Shown: positions 51,503 through 61,295 of the stretch, one piece after another | Position numbering within the stretch: the stretch's first letter is position 1 | Layout of the letters: each line of letters starts with the position of its first letter | From: an uncultured Gammaproteobacteria bacterium | GTDB taxonomy: Bacteria > Pseudomonadota > Gammaproteobacteria > DRLM01 | Length of the DNA: 64,000 nt | Assembly (NCBI GenBank): GCA_963729605.1 | Contig: CAVSNY010000007.1 | Location: forward strand, 512,001 to 576,000 | Direction: 5' to 3' | Position numbers and translations under genes: made by a program | The notes under the pieces: model-generated | The model's database searches: none | What the model was told of the DNA's origin: nothing | Seen by the model: only the letters and a program-made list of their open reading frames with translations

Positions 51503-52519
51503 ATGGAGCGGTGCGCGTTATGTCCAATCGCGGTTCGTGTCGGGGTAATGGGCCTGGCCTTGGCCCTCGCGGCTTGTAGCGATAAACCGGATGCGCAACA
51601 GGCGGCCCCGCCCCATCACGCCATCGTCAACGTGGATATGGTGCTGATCCCCGCCGGCGAGTTCATCATGGGCAGCGATAAGGTCGATGAAAAAGGCCTG
51701 CAAAAGGAATACGGCATGGTCGATCCGCTGTATCTCAACGAACACCCGCGGCGCAGCCTCTTTCTCGATGCATACTTCATCGACAAATATGAGGTGAACA
51801 ACGGCGAGTACAAGGTGTTCGTGGCGGAGATGAAGGAACGGGTCAAGGCGCAGGGCAAGGACTATCCGGAGCCTCTGGACTGGGTGCAGAACGGTTACAA
51901 CGTCAGCGATAAAAAATTGATGGACGCGCATGTGGACAGCCTGCGCTGGATCGCCAGTGAATATTTCAAGCTCGACCGCGATACCACTCAAATGGACAAG
52001 CAGACCCTGCTCGACGAACTGTTCAAGATTCAACGCCACCGCGACACCCTGCCGGTGACCGGCGTCAATTGGTACGACGCCTACAGTTATTGCGCATGGG
52101 CCGGCAAGCGCCTGCCCCGCGAGGCGGAGTGGGAAAAGGCGGCGCGCGGCGAAAACGGTTTGGAATATCCCTGGGGTGACGCCTGGGAGGACGGCAAGGC
52201 CAATACCGGCGAGGACCGCGACGCCGACGAGGCGGTGGCGCCGGTGGGTTCCTTTCCCGGCGATAAATCGCCTTTCGGTGTATTCGATATGTCGGGCAAT
52301 GTCTCGGAGTGGGTGAACGACTGGTATCAGGCCTATCCCGGCGCCGAGTATCAGCATCCGCTCTACGGCGAGTTGCACAAGGTCTTGCGCGGCGGCGGCG
52401 CCGGCATGGGCCATTATGCGCTACAGGCCTTTTTCCGCGGCGCGCGGCGCGCCCACGCCGATCCGACCCTGGGCGGCACCGACGTCGGTTTCCGTTGCGC
52501 GCAGGATGTCCCGCATTAA
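51503..52519 (+). CDS. FGE-sulfatase (SUMF1)-domain lipoprotein
   Basis: Lipobox LAAC, IPAGEFIMGS, IDKYEV, RLPREAEWEKAARG, DMSGNVSEW and GFRCA. Confidence 0.9.
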   Translation: MERCALCPIAVRVGVMGLALALAACSDKPDAQQAAPPHHAIVNVDMVLIPAGEFIMGSDKVDEKGLQKEYGMVDPLYLNEHPRRSLFLDAYFIDKYEVNNGEYKVFVAEMKERVKAQGKDYPEPLDWVQNGYNVSDKKLMDAHVDSLRWIASEYFKLDRDTTQMDKQTLLDELFKIQRHRDTLPVTGVNWYDAYSYCAWAGKRLPREAEWEKAARGENGLEYPWGDAWEDGKANTGEDRDADEAVAPVGSFPGDKSPFGVFDMSGNVSEWVNDWYQAYPGAEYQHPLYGELHKVLRGGGAGMGHYALQAFFRGARRAHADPTLGGTDVGFRCAQDVPH

Positions 52520-52587
52520 AGACCAGTCAACGCCGCGACAGGATTTGATTCATGGAAGCAGCCCTCTGCCGGGGGCCATGATGGTTG

Positions 52588-52752
52588 ACCACAAGGTAGC
52601 ACTACGAGGTAAAACCACGAGGTAAAACCACGAGGTAAAACCACGAGGTAAAACCACGAGGTAAAACCACGAGGTAAAACCACGAGGTAAAACCACGAGG
52701 TAAAACCACGAGGTAAAACCACGAGGTAAAACCACGAGGTAAAACCACGAGG
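52588..52752. repeat. 13-bp VNTR (ACCACGAGGTAAA)n
   Basis: Ten perfect units at 52614-52743, two degenerate units on the left and a 9-nt partial unit on the right. Confidence 0.97.
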
Positions 52753-52786
52753 CGCGTTCTGCGCGGCGTTGGTGTTTGCGATCTTA

Positions 52787-52831
52787 TCCCCTCCTTTCAT
52801 AAGGAGGGGTGGCCCGCAGGGCCGGGGTGGT
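52787..52831 (-). repeat. REP of the ACCACCCC...CCCCTCC-loop-GGAGGGG family
   Basis: Reverse complement CCACCCCGGCCCTGCGGGCCACCCCTCCTTATGAAAGGAGGGG is nearly identical to 16080-16121. Confidence 0.85.
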
Positions 52832-52965
52832 TTTGCTTTATTGCTACGCCGGTTTTACCGCGGGCCATTTGCCTTGGCGGAAGCGGGTATTTCGTACCGC
52901 CTATGGCCCACGCGTCGATTTCATTGCGGGCCATTTCGCGGTGCGATTTTTAGAGTCGATATCCG

Positions 52966-53238
52966 TTATTTTTTCGGCGCCACGTAACCTTCGGGCAGGG
53001 CTGAACCGCCGCCGAAGAAATATTTTTCCATCTCGCCTTCCAGAAACTGGCGGGCCTTGGGGTCGAGCGGGGTGATGCGATTCTCGTTGATGAGCATGGT
53101 TTGATGTTTCAACCACATCTGCCAGGCCTCTTTCGAGACGTTTTCGAAGACGCGTTTGCCCAGTTCGCCGGGATAAGGCGCCATCGCCAGCCCTTCCGCT
53201 TGTTTACCCAGTTTGACGCATTTGACCATTCGAGACAT
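52966..53238 (-). CDS. yggX: Fe(II)-trafficking/oxidative damage protection protein YggX
   Basis: [18 protein letters not shown] and [13 protein letters not shown]; downstream of mutY. Confidence 0.96.
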   Translation of the reverse strand: MSRMVKCVKLGKQAEGLAMAPYPGELGKRVFENVSKEAWQMWLKHQTMLINENRITPLDPKARQFLEGEMEKYFFGGGSALPEGYVAPKK

Positions 53239-53256
53239 CGTTGCGCTCCATGCCGC

Positions 53257-54360
53257 TCAGGTCGGCGACGATTTGAGTTGAGTGAGTAATTGCTGCACCG
53301 GCGCCGCGAGTCCGCCCGGCGGCGGCGCGTCGAGATTGTACCAAACGGCCCCCGCCTCATCCATGACGCCAGCCACGTCGCTTGTATAACGGGCCAGCAC
53401 CGGTTGGATATCGAGATGAAAATGACTGAAGGTGTGGCGCAGGGGCGTCCAATGGGTGGTGTCCGCCACCTCGCAGCGCAGTTGTTCGCGGCACCACGCG
53501 GCGACATCGGTCTGCGCCGGGCATTCCGGCAGGCTCCACAAACCGCCCCAGATCCCGGCGGGCGGACGTTTCATCAGCAACACCGTGCCGGCCTTGCGCA
53601 GCAACAACATTTGGGTGCTGCGCACCGGTAAAACGCGGCGCGGTTTGGCGGTGGGGATGAACGCGACGCGGTCTTCCGCGCGCGCGACGCAGTCGACGCC
53701 GACCGGGCAGCGTTCGCAGGCGGGACGGCCGCGGGTGCACAAGGTCGCGCCGAGATCCATGATGGCCTGGGTGTAATCATCGCTGCGCCGCGCGGGCGTA
53801 TGACGGGCGGCCACCTCCCACAACAACGTTTCGACTTGTTTGACGCCGGGCCAGCCCTCGATGCCGTGATAACGCGTGAGCACCCGCTTGACGTTGCCGT
53901 CCAAGATGGGATGGTGCTGGCCTAAAGACAGCGCGAGGATCGCGCCGGCGGTGGAGCGGCCGATGCCGGGCAGTTCCACCAGCGTAGCGTGGTCGCGCGG
54001 GAGTTCGCCGTGGAAGACGTCGCGGATCAGCTGCGCGGCGCGGTGCAGATTGCGGGCGCGGGCGTAATAACCCAGCCCGCTCCAGTGGCGCAGCACCTCG
54101 TCGGCGGGCGCGTCGGCGAGCGTTACCACGTCGGGAAAGCGTTGCATGAAACGCTGGTAATAAGGGATGACGGTGCCGACCTGAGTCTGTTGCAGCATGA
54201 TCTCCGACACCCACACCCGATACGGCGAGGGCTCGTGTTGCCAGGGCAGATCCTTGCGGCCGTGGTGATCCCACCAGGCGAGCAGCCGCTCGCTGAAACG
54301 GTCCGCGTCGGGCGGCGGCGCGCCGCGGTTTTCGCCGGACGCGGGCGGGCGGCGGGTCAT
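53257..54360 (-). CDS. mutY: A/G-specific adenine glycosylase MutY
   Basis: WVSEIMLQQTQV, GLGYYARARN, LPGIGRSTAGAI and C-X6-C-X2-C-X5-C. Confidence 0.98.
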   Translation of the reverse strand: MTRRPPASGENRGAPPPDADRFSERLLAWWDHHGRKDLPWQHEPSPYRVWVSEIMLQQTQVGTVIPYYQRFMQRFPDVVTLADAPADEVLRHWSGLGYYARARNLHRAAQLIRDVFHGELPRDHATLVELPGIGRSTAGAILALSLGQHHPILDGNVKRVLTRYHGIEGWPGVKQVETLLWEVAARHTPARRSDDYTQAIMDLGATLCTRGRPACERCPVGVDCVARAEDRVAFIPTAKPRRVLPVRSTQMLLLRKAGTVLLMKRPPAGIWGGLWSLPECPAQTDVAAWCREQLRCEVADTTHWTPLRHTFSHFHLDIQPVLARYTSDVAGVMDEAGAVWYNLDAPPPGGLAAPVQQLLTQLKSSPT

Positions 54361-56645
54361 TTGAACATGTCCTTCAATTTATTCTGCAACTGCTCCTGCA
54401 CCTTTTCCTCCAGCTTTTTCTGTTGTTGTTGGAGTTTTTCCTGGGCCTCCTGCTTTTTTGTTTCGAGCTTCCCGCGCAGCTGTTCTTCCTTGGCCTTCAG
54501 TTCGGCCTCCAGCTTTTCCTTCTCGACGTCGAGGCGATCTTTCACCTGCCGCTTGAGCGCCTCGTCGAGATCGACGCTGAATGACGGCGCGTTCAGCGGG
54601 CCTTGAACCTTAACCGGTATCGTCACGTCTTTGAACCGGCCGAGTTGTTTGGCGAATTGACCGGTGGGTTTGGCGTCCAAACGCAGGGCGATCCGTTCGC
54701 TCGCCAGGTTGACGCTGCCGCGGCCTTTGACGTTGAGTTGGGCCGAATTGAGGGTGAGATCATTGGTGGCGAGGTCGCCGTCGGTCACCTTGGCGGTGGC
54801 GCTGAAATTGGAGAACACCGTCTGATTGAGGGTGGCGGGATCGCTCACCAGATTTTGCAGATACTTCGCGTAATCCTTTTGGATCAACTCCACCAGATTG
54901 ACGCCGTTGACCCGGCCGCCGCTGAAGACGAAGCCGAGCTGGCCGTTGAGCGAGCGGCGGAGTTCCGCGCTGTCGCCGGCGGTGCCGCTGAGTCGCAGAT
55001 GGATGTTGCCGGTGCCGCTCACCAAGTCTTTTTCCAGCCAGTCGCGGCTGAGCGGGCCGATCTCGATCTTGCTTAAGGTGTCATTGGTGTTGAAGGTCAG
55101 TTTTTCGCCGCGGGCGTCGAGGGCGAGGTCGCCGCGATAGGTGCCGCCGTACAAATTGGCCGTCAATGGCTGGGCGCGCAACCGGCCGTCCTTGGCTTTG
55201 AAGCCCAGTTCGAGATCGCTCAAATGCAGTTTGGCGATTTTGAGTTTGCCGACGCGGAGTTTGCCGTCCACGTCCAACTTGCGGAGGGTGGCGAGCGGCA
55301 ATTCCCGCGCGCCGGCGGCGGCCGCCGCCGTAGGGGGCGCGGCGGCGGGAACGGTTTCCGGCGCGGGCGGCGCCAGGTAACGGTCGGCGTCGATGCCGTC
55401 GAGGGCGAGCTGGAAGCGGATCGCCGGAGCGGCGAAATCACGGAGGGCGGCGTTGCCGCTGAGCGTGGATTGATCCAGCTTGAGAACCAGCTTGGTAAGT
55501 TCGATGTCTTGGGCGGAGGCCTGAAATGCCAGTTGGCCGCTCACCACGCTGAGTGCCTTGGGGTCGGCGGTCACCGGCGCGCGCATGCCGAGTTTGCTCA
55601 TGAGTTCGCGGGCGTTGAAGTCGGCGATGGTCAGCGCGCCGTCGAAACGCGGCGTGCCGCTGAGGTCCCGGCCTTGCACCGCGCCCGTGGTCTTGACGCC
55701 CGCCACGGTGAGGGTGAGCGGTTCGGCCTTGAAGCGTTGTTCTTGCAGGTCGAGTTCGATCCGGGTGGCGAGATCGGCGGCGATGGTTTGGGCGGGCAGT
55801 TTACCGCCGCTCAGCTTGGCGGCGATTTTGAGGTCGTTGATCGCGTAACGCCGTTCCGCGAAGTTGAGCGTGGCGTGCGCCTGTAGATCCAGCTCGGTAT
55901 TTTCGGCGGGCAATGTTTCGCCCCGTAGCGTGGCCGCGAGTTGGATGTCGCGCAAATTCAACACTTGGCCGGCGACGTCATACTCCGCCACGGTGGCGAG
56001 CTGCAACCGGCCGTTCAGCGCGGGCGCGCTGCCGGCGACGTCGAAATCCATGTCGAGCCGCACCGGCTCCGATGGGGAAATGGGGCCGCTGCGCAGATTG
56101 AGTTTGCTGATGTCGTAACGCGCGGGCGCGGCTTGATCGTCCCAGATCAAGGTGGCGTCGCGCAGGTTTACCCCGCCGATGGCCAGGCTGGCCAGGGCGG
56201 GGGCGGGATTGGTGTCGTCCGCGGATTTTTCTTCCGTCGATTGCCCCGCCAAGTCGTCCCAGTTGTTGCGCCCCGCCGCGTCGCGGCGCAATAACAGATA
56301 AAGCCCGTCGAGGGTGACGGTACTCACTTCCACTTCCTTTTTGAACAAGGGCAGCAGTTTGACCTTCACCGCGGCGCCGCCGATCTTCGCGAAGGGTTCG
56401 GGGCCGAAGCCGGCGGCGTTGCTCAATTCCATGGCGCCGAGCTCCACGCCCAGCCAGGGGAAGAGGGATAAACCGAGGTCGCCGTGGATGGTGAGCTCGC
56501 GTCCGGTGGCGTCGCGCACCGCGCTGACGATGTCGGCTTTGTATTGGTTGGGATCGAAGGTCAGCACGATGAATATCGCGGCGGCGGCCAGCAGCGCCGC
56601 CGCGCCGCCGGTGAGCCACAGTAAACCCTTCAATGCTTTTTTCAT
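54357..56645 (-). CDS. asmA: AsmA family protein
   Basis: N-terminal TM, DPNQYK, TGREL.I.GDLGLSLFPWLG and LYGG; asmA-mutY-yggX order. Confidence 0.9.
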   Translation of the reverse strand: MKKALKGLLWLTGGAAALLAAAAIFIVLTFDPNQYKADIVSAVRDATGRELTIHGDLGLSLFPWLGVELGAMELSNAAGFGPEPFAKIGGAAVKVKLLPLFKKEVEVSTVTLDGLYLLLRRDAAGRNNWDDLAGQSTEEKSADDTNPAPALASLAIGGVNLRDATLIWDDQAAPARYDISKLNLRSGPISPSEPVRLDMDFDVAGSAPALNGRLQLATVAEYDVAGQVLNLRDIQLAATLRGETLPAENTELDLQAHATLNFAERRYAINDLKIAAKLSGGKLPAQTIAADLATRIELDLQEQRFKAEPLTLTVAGVKTTGAVQGRDLSGTPRFDGALTIADFNARELMSKLGMRAPVTADPKALSVVSGQLAFQASAQDIELTKLVLKLDQSTLSGNAALRDFAAPAIRFQLALDGIDADRYLAPPAPETVPAAAPPTAAAAAGARELPLATLRKLDVDGKLRVGKLKIAKLHLSDLELGFKAKDGRLRAQPLTANLYGGTYRGDLALDARGEKLTFNTNDTLSKIEIGPLSRDWLEKDLVSGTGNIHLRLSGTAGDSAELRRSLNGQLGFVFSGGRVNGVNLVELIQKDYAKYLQNLVSDPATLNQTVFSNFSATAKVTDGDLATNDLTLNSAQLNVKGRGSVNLASERIALRLDAKPTGQFAKQLGRFKDVTIPVKVQGPLNAPSFSVDLDEALKRQVKDRLDVEKEKLEAELKAKEEQLRGKLETKKQEAQEKLQQQQKKLEEKVQEQLQNKLKDMFK

Positions 56646-56900
56646 GAAACTTCCCTTTGCGAGGCGGTTTTGCGAACGAGGGCCGATGCGGCCTGACGCG
56701 GCGGGCCCGGGGGCGGCGTGCTGAGCCGGTATGATACCGCGCGTCCGGCGCGCCGCCTATCGATGCGGCATCGAAAGGATTTGGCAATCCCGTTTCCCAT
56801 CCGGCCGGCGGGTAATTAAGCAGCCGGTCGGAGAAAAGAGGATATGGTATCCTTGCGCCTGCATGCGGCGCCCGGGTGCGCTCCAGGCTGGGAGGATGAA

Positions 56901-57293
56901 ATGTCCGTGCTGGAACAGCGGTCGATTTTGATAAAAAGCGGCGAATTGGAGAGTGACGGCTTGTTGTATTCGCAAGTCTTCGCCCCTCAGGAGCGTCTGC
57001 TGCGCGCGATGAAGGTGTGGGGCTTGTCGTGGCTGCTCGCGGTGCCGTCGATCCTCCTCCCGATCGCGCACTGGGTGCTGGTGCCCGGCTTCATCATTGC
57101 CGGGCCGATCTGGGCCTATAAGCGTTATCGCACGCCCTCGGTCCCCGATCATGTCAGTGGCCATTGCCCGATGCAGCACGAGGAAATCTCCGTGCCGTTG
57201 GAGGCCTCCGACCGCTTGCCGATGTGGACCCATTGCCCCGTGTGTCACGCATCCTTGCAGTTCGTCGAGCGGGAACAGGCCCCGCTCTCCTGA
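56901..57293 (+). CDS. Hypothetical two-TM membrane protein with a C-terminal Cys motif
   Basis: GGAGG RBS; hydrophobic hairpin, then CPMQH...CPVC. Confidence 0.7.
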   Translation: MSVLEQRSILIKSGELESDGLLYSQVFAPQERLLRAMKVWGLSWLLAVPSILLPIAHWVLVPGFIIAGPIWAYKRYRTPSVPDHVSGHCPMQHEEISVPLEASDRLPMWTHCPVCHASLQFVEREQAPLS

Positions 57294-57335
57294 TGAAGGT
57301 ATTACGTGTTATTGAATTGTGACGGGTAGTTATTC

Positions 57336-57434
57336 ATGCGAGCGACCATGGCCATTATGATACTCGGCGTGCTGGTGATATCGGCGGCCGCCACCCTCTT
57401 TTTGATGCTTTACCTCCTCGGGATCATCGGTTGA
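57336..57434 (+). CDS. Candidate 32-aa single-pass membrane microprotein
   Basis: MRATMAIMILGVLVISAAATLFLMLYLLGIIG*; too short for the ORF track; no strong RBS. Confidence 0.4.
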   Translation: MRATMAIMILGVLVISAAATLFLMLYLLGIIG

Positions 57435-57565
57435 CGATTTGACGCCGGCACGTGGGTGCCGGGCTTTCGCGCGCCGTTTTCGGCCGCTTGCTTTATCCGT
57501 GGCGGTGTGATTATCCTCCTATAGGGTAAGTGAATCGCGCCACAACCGGGAGGCAGGGTAAGCTT

Positions 57566-58057
57566 ATGAACGCATGCTGTGTTGTAACCGTCGATGGAAC
57601 GCGGGCTCGTTTTTTTTCCTTGGAAAAATCGCCGCGGCCCGCGGTGGAGGCGGGGCCTTTGCTGGTGGAGCAGGAAGAGGCCTTGATCAATACCGAACAC
57701 GAGATGTCGGGACGCGAGTTGTGGAGCGACACCAAGTCCGGCCGTAATGCGGCGAACGGGATGGCCCATAGTTACGACGATCACCGCACCCAGCACGTGG
57801 ATGAAGTACAGCGTCGTTTCGCCAAACGGGTCGCCGAACAGGCCGTGCGGTTGGCCGAACGCACGGGCGCCAAAAAACTGATCCTGGCCGCGGAAAAACA
57901 AATGCTGGGTTTTCTGCGCGGGGCGCTGCAAGTCCCGCCCAAGGCCGGCTTCGAGGTGCGCGAGTTGGCCAAGGATTTGAGCCGTTTGTCCCCGCAGGAT
58001 TTGCAAGGCCATCTGGCGGCCGAGGGATTGGTGCCGGCGCGGCAGCGGCCCGCTTGA
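57566..58057 (+). CDS. Host attachment (AtsE-like) family protein
   Basis: VVTVDGTRARFF, RRFAKRVA, LILAAE..MLG.LR and ELAKDL. Confidence 0.8.
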   Translation: MNACCVVTVDGTRARFFSLEKSPRPAVEAGPLLVEQEEALINTEHEMSGRELWSDTKSGRNAANGMAHSYDDHRTQHVDEVQRRFAKRVAEQAVRLAERTGAKKLILAAEKQMLGFLRGALQVPPKAGFEVRELAKDLSRLSPQDLQGHLAAEGLVPARQRPA

Positions 58058-58155
58058 AGGCGGTTTACGCCGGCTCGTTAAATACCGCTACGGCGGATCG
58101 CCGGGATCATGGGCCGCCGAGGTCGCGGACGAAAGTAAGGCTGGGCCGGATGAAG

Positions 58156-58229
58156 TGGAGCGGGTGATGGGAATCGAACCCACGCTATCAGCTTGGGAAG
58201 CTGAAGTTCTACCATTGAACTACACCCGC
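58156..58229 (-). tRNA. tRNA-Gly(CCC)
   Basis: 74-nt cloverleaf GCGGGTGTAGTTCAATGG...TT-CCC-AA...GGTTCGATT...TCCA. Confidence 0.98.
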
Positions 58230-58240
58230 GGGAGTCCCGC

Positions 58241-58268
58241 ATTTTACGTGTTCGGTGCCGCCGGTCAA
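58241..58268 (-). promoter_or_regulatory. Sigma70-like promoter of tRNA-Gly
   Basis: TTGACC-N16-TAAAAT just upstream of the tRNA. Confidence 0.7.
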
Positions 58269-58448
58269 TCCCGCGTCGGCTACGGCGGTTTTTCGCGCTG
58301 ATCGCCTGACGCACGAGTTAAGGTGGATGGCGCATTTTTCACATAGCGGTGTGCCCCCATGTTACATGGCTCGCCGCGGAGCGGTTTGCACGGCCGGGCG
58401 CCTGTCATGTGTTAAATCCGTGTATGGAACGTATTGTAAGGTGAAATC

Positions 58449-58655
58449 TTGGACGTGGATGTATATGTGAATGGCGAGCCGCGCCGTCTCCCCGCCGGCG
58501 TGACGGTGGCGCAACTGCTCGACGAGCTGGCCCTCACCGGCCAGCGCCTGGCCGTGGAAGTAAATCTGGAAATCGTGCCGCGCAGCGCCCATGCCGCGCA
58601 CACCCTGCGTACCGGCGACCGGGTGGAGATCGTCCGTGCCATCGGCGGCGGTTAG
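58449..58655 (+). CDS. thiS: Sulfur carrier protein ThiS
   Basis: VNGE, AVEVN.EIVPRS and C-terminal IGGG. Confidence 0.95.
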   Translation: MDVDVYVNGEPRRLPAGVTVAQLLDELALTGQRLAVEVNLEIVPRSAHAAHTLRTGDRVEIVRAIGGG

Positions 58656-58723
58656 AACAGGTTCTTAGGCCCATCGATGCGCGCGGGTTATAATCGGCCC
58701 CAGATTTTTTCCAGCATTTTAGG

Positions 58724-59524
58724 ATGACCTCAATGGCACAGACGACCCGTGACCCGCTCATCATCGCCGGGGTGGAATACCAATCCCGCCTGCTGGTGGG
58801 CACCGGCAAATATAAAGACCTCGACGAGACCCGCCGCGCCGTGGAGGCCAGTGGCGCCGAGATCATCACCGTCGCGATCCGCCGCACCAACATCGGCCAG
58901 CACAAGGGCGAGCCCAATCTGCTCGACGTGTTGCCGCCGGATAAATACACCTACCTGCCCAATACCGCCGGCTGCTACAGCGCCGACGACGCGATCCGCA
59001 CCTGCCGCCTGGCGCGCGAGCTGCTCGACGGCCACGACCTGGTCAAGCTCGAGGTGCTGGGCGACGAGAAGACTTTATTCCCCGACATCGTGCAGACCCT
59101 CGCGGCCGCCGAGGTGCTGATCAAGGACGGCTTCAAGGTCATGGTCTACACCAACGACGACCCCATCATCGCCAAACGTTTCGAGGCGCTGGGTTGCGTG
59201 GCGGTGATGCCGCTGGCCGCGCCGATCGGTTCCGGCCTGGGCGTGCGCAATCCTTATAACATCCTCACCATCGTCGAAAACGCCGAGGTGCCGATTTTGG
59301 TGGACGCCGGCGTCGGCACCGCCAGCGACGCGGCCCTGGCCATGGAGCTCGGCTGCGACGGCGTGCTGATGAACACCGCCATCGCCGGCGCCAAGCAGCC
59401 GGTGCTGATGGCCTCGGCGATGAAGAAGGGCATCGAGGCGGGCCGCGAGGCGTTTCTCGCGGGGCGTATTCCGCGCAAACGTTTCGCCAGCGCCTCGTCG
59501 CCCATCGACGGGACGTTTTTTTAG
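58724..59524 (+). CDS. thiG: Thiazole synthase ThiG
   Basis: [29 protein letters not shown] and [11 protein letters not shown]. Confidence 0.98.
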   Translation: MTSMAQTTRDPLIIAGVEYQSRLLVGTGKYKDLDETRRAVEASGAEIITVAIRRTNIGQHKGEPNLLDVLPPDKYTYLPNTAGCYSADDAIRTCRLARELLDGHDLVKLEVLGDEKTLFPDIVQTLAAAEVLIKDGFKVMVYTNDDPIIAKRFEALGCVAVMPLAAPIGSGLGVRNPYNILTIVENAEVPILVDAGVGTASDAALAMELGCDGVLMNTAIAGAKQPVLMASAMKKGIEAGREAFLAGRIPRKRFASASSPIDGTFF

Positions 59525-59535
59525 GGAAAAACTCG

Positions 59536-59680
59536 TCAACGCACAGACGCAAAAACAAAGAATATTAAAGACGCTACCGTTCAGGACTATCCTCGGATGA
59601 AGTATGTGGACGATCTCTTCGTCATAGCGGCGGGGGAGAATTTCGATAGGGTGCATTGCGGCCTCGGCGTCTTCGCCTTG
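59536..59680. repeat. Degenerate inverted pair of 'CAACGCAAAGACGC'-type REPs around an AT-rich spacer
   Basis: TCAACGCACAGACGCAAA...TTGCGGCCTCGGCGTCTTCGCCTTG; related to the arms at 15906-15933 and 16753-16772. Confidence 0.5.
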
Positions 59681-59685
59681 TCTGT

Positions 59686-60369
59686 ATGAGCGAACCCGCA
59701 CCACGCCGCATCCGCAGCTTCGTGCGCCGTCAAGGGCGCATGACCAAGTCCCAGCACAGCGCCCTGGACCGCTTGTGGGATCGTTATGTCATCGTGCCGG
59801 AAGACGTGCTCGATCTCGATGCCTTGTTCGGCCGCGCCGCGCCGCGGGTGTTGGAGATCGGCTTCGGCATGGGCGACTCGTTGGCGGCGATGGCGCTGGC
59901 GCATCCCGAACGCGATTATCTCGGTATCGAAGTGCATCGTCCCGGCGTCGGCCGCCTGCTGAGTCATTTGGAGGCGCAGGGCAACGGCAATGTGCGGGTG
60001 ATCTGCGCCGACGCGGTGGAGGTGCTGCAACGCCATGTGCCGGACGCGAGCTTCGACACCGTGCAATTATTTTTCCCCGACCCCTGGCCCAAACAGCGCC
60101 ACCACAAACGCCGCATCGTACAAAGCGAATTCGTTGAACTGCTGCGCCGCAAACTCAAAATCGGCGGCGTCTTTCACGTCGCCACCGATTGGGAACACTA
60201 CGCCGAACATGTGTTGACGGTGCTGGCGCAGGCGCCGGGTTTTCGCAACAACGCCGGCGCCGCCCGCTACACCGAACGGCCCGATGATCGCCCACCGACC
60301 AAATTCGAACAGCGCGGCCAACGCCTGGGACATGCGATCCGCGATCTGATTTTTGTGCGGGAAGGATGA
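59686..60369 (+). CDS. trmB: tRNA (guanine-N7)-methyltransferase TrmB
   Basis: [31 protein letters not shown] and ATDWE.Y. Confidence 0.97.
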   Translation: MSEPAPRRIRSFVRRQGRMTKSQHSALDRLWDRYVIVPEDVLDLDALFGRAAPRVLEIGFGMGDSLAAMALAHPERDYLGIEVHRPGVGRLLSHLEAQGNGNVRVICADAVEVLQRHVPDASFDTVQLFFPDPWPKQRHHKRRIVQSEFVELLRRKLKIGGVFHVATDWEHYAEHVLTVLAQAPGFRNNAGAARYTERPDDRPPTKFEQRGQRLGHAIRDLIFVREG

Positions 60370-60404
60370 GGCGGAGTGCGCGGCGATGACGCCCGCGGAA
60401 TACG

Positions 60405-60892
60405 GTGGGCTGGGTGGAGGAAGCCAAACCTGGTCCGTTCGACACTGAAAAAACCTCAGCATACGTCCCCTCTCCCGCAGGCGGGAGAGGGTCAGGGTGA
60501 GGGAAGGGAGCGATGAGAAAGGCGCTTTTGCGGAGTGGCGGCGGACATCCAGGCGCCCCCCTCGCTCCGCTCTCCCCGCCCGCGGGAGAGGAGGAATAAC
60601 GCATCAGCCGGTTTGAAATCTGTATTCCAATGTTGGGGCAGGTTCGATGTGTCGCGGTCCTCGGGAAACAATTCGCACATTTGTGGGCGAATTGACTTAC
60701 GTCGAGCGACGTTGATTCCTTTTGCCCCGGACGTCCTGCGTCCGCCCGACGCGCTATTACGCGCCGCGTCAGGGCGAGCACAATGACTGACGCCGCTTCG
60801 CGGTTACCGCGACTTTTCTCCCTCCGCTCTCCCTGGCTCGCTGGCGAGTCTCTCTTCTGGTCGTGCGCGGCTGGATTTTCAATCCAGCCTAC
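60405..60892. repeat. Nested REP cluster: GTAG/GTGG-type REPs flanking a CCCCTCTCCC-type inverted pair
   Basis: The minus strand has GTAGGCTGGATT-GAA-AATCCAGCC (60869-60892). The plus strand has a degenerate GTGGGCTGGGTGGAGG (60405). CCCCTCTCCCGCAGGCGGGAGAGGG..GGGTGAGGG (60467-60503) has a partner at 60556-60594. Confidence 0.7.
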
Positions 60893-60914
60893 CTCGGTTC
60901 GCTTCACGCTACGC

Positions 60915-61021
60915 GCCGTCAGCAGTCCCGCCGACACCACCGCCAGGATGCTGATGAGGAAGATGCCGTCGAAGGTGCCCGCGCCGCCGATGGAAGCGAT
61001 CGGCGTGCGAGTCCGCGTATG
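60915..61021 (-). pseudogene. 3' fragment of a DUF1614-family membrane protein gene
   Basis: The minus strand encodes IRGL/(1-nt gap)/TPIASIGGAGTFDGIFLISILAVV, the characteristic DUF1614 C-terminus; the rest of the gene is absent. Confidence 0.7.
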
Positions 61022-61295
61022 AGGTGAACGTCATTCCGGGTCAGGCCCGCGGGATGTTTAATTCTGACTAAGTGGCGAAGCGGCTGGCGTGTGGCCGCCG
61101 GCCCACCGGCCCGATGGCCAATCAATATTGCGCATTATGTCGAAATGATGACAGGCGTTGGCGCCCCGGGCCACCGGACAGGGCGCCAATTCGGCCGGCG
61201 CGGCGCGCTTTTGGCGCGGCGTGTACAATAGCGCCTCGCTTTTTTGGTTATAAGCCGCCGGGCGAGGTGCCCGGCCGGTCGAGAGGAGTTTTGCA

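Noticed and set aside
52516-52800. 13-bp array as CRISPR, replication iterons, or the repeat ORF (PRGFTSWFYLVVL)n
   Set aside because: No spacers, no rep or dnaA gene nearby, and the ORFs arise only because the unit has no stop on that strand.
58270-58448. Second TPP riboswitch upstream of thiS-thiG
   Set aside because: No CTGAGA or CCTGAT...GGGA signature.
60155-60940. 261-aa minus-strand ORF
   Set aside because: It runs through REP palindromes and antisense trmB; only its first codons continue the DUF1614 remnant.
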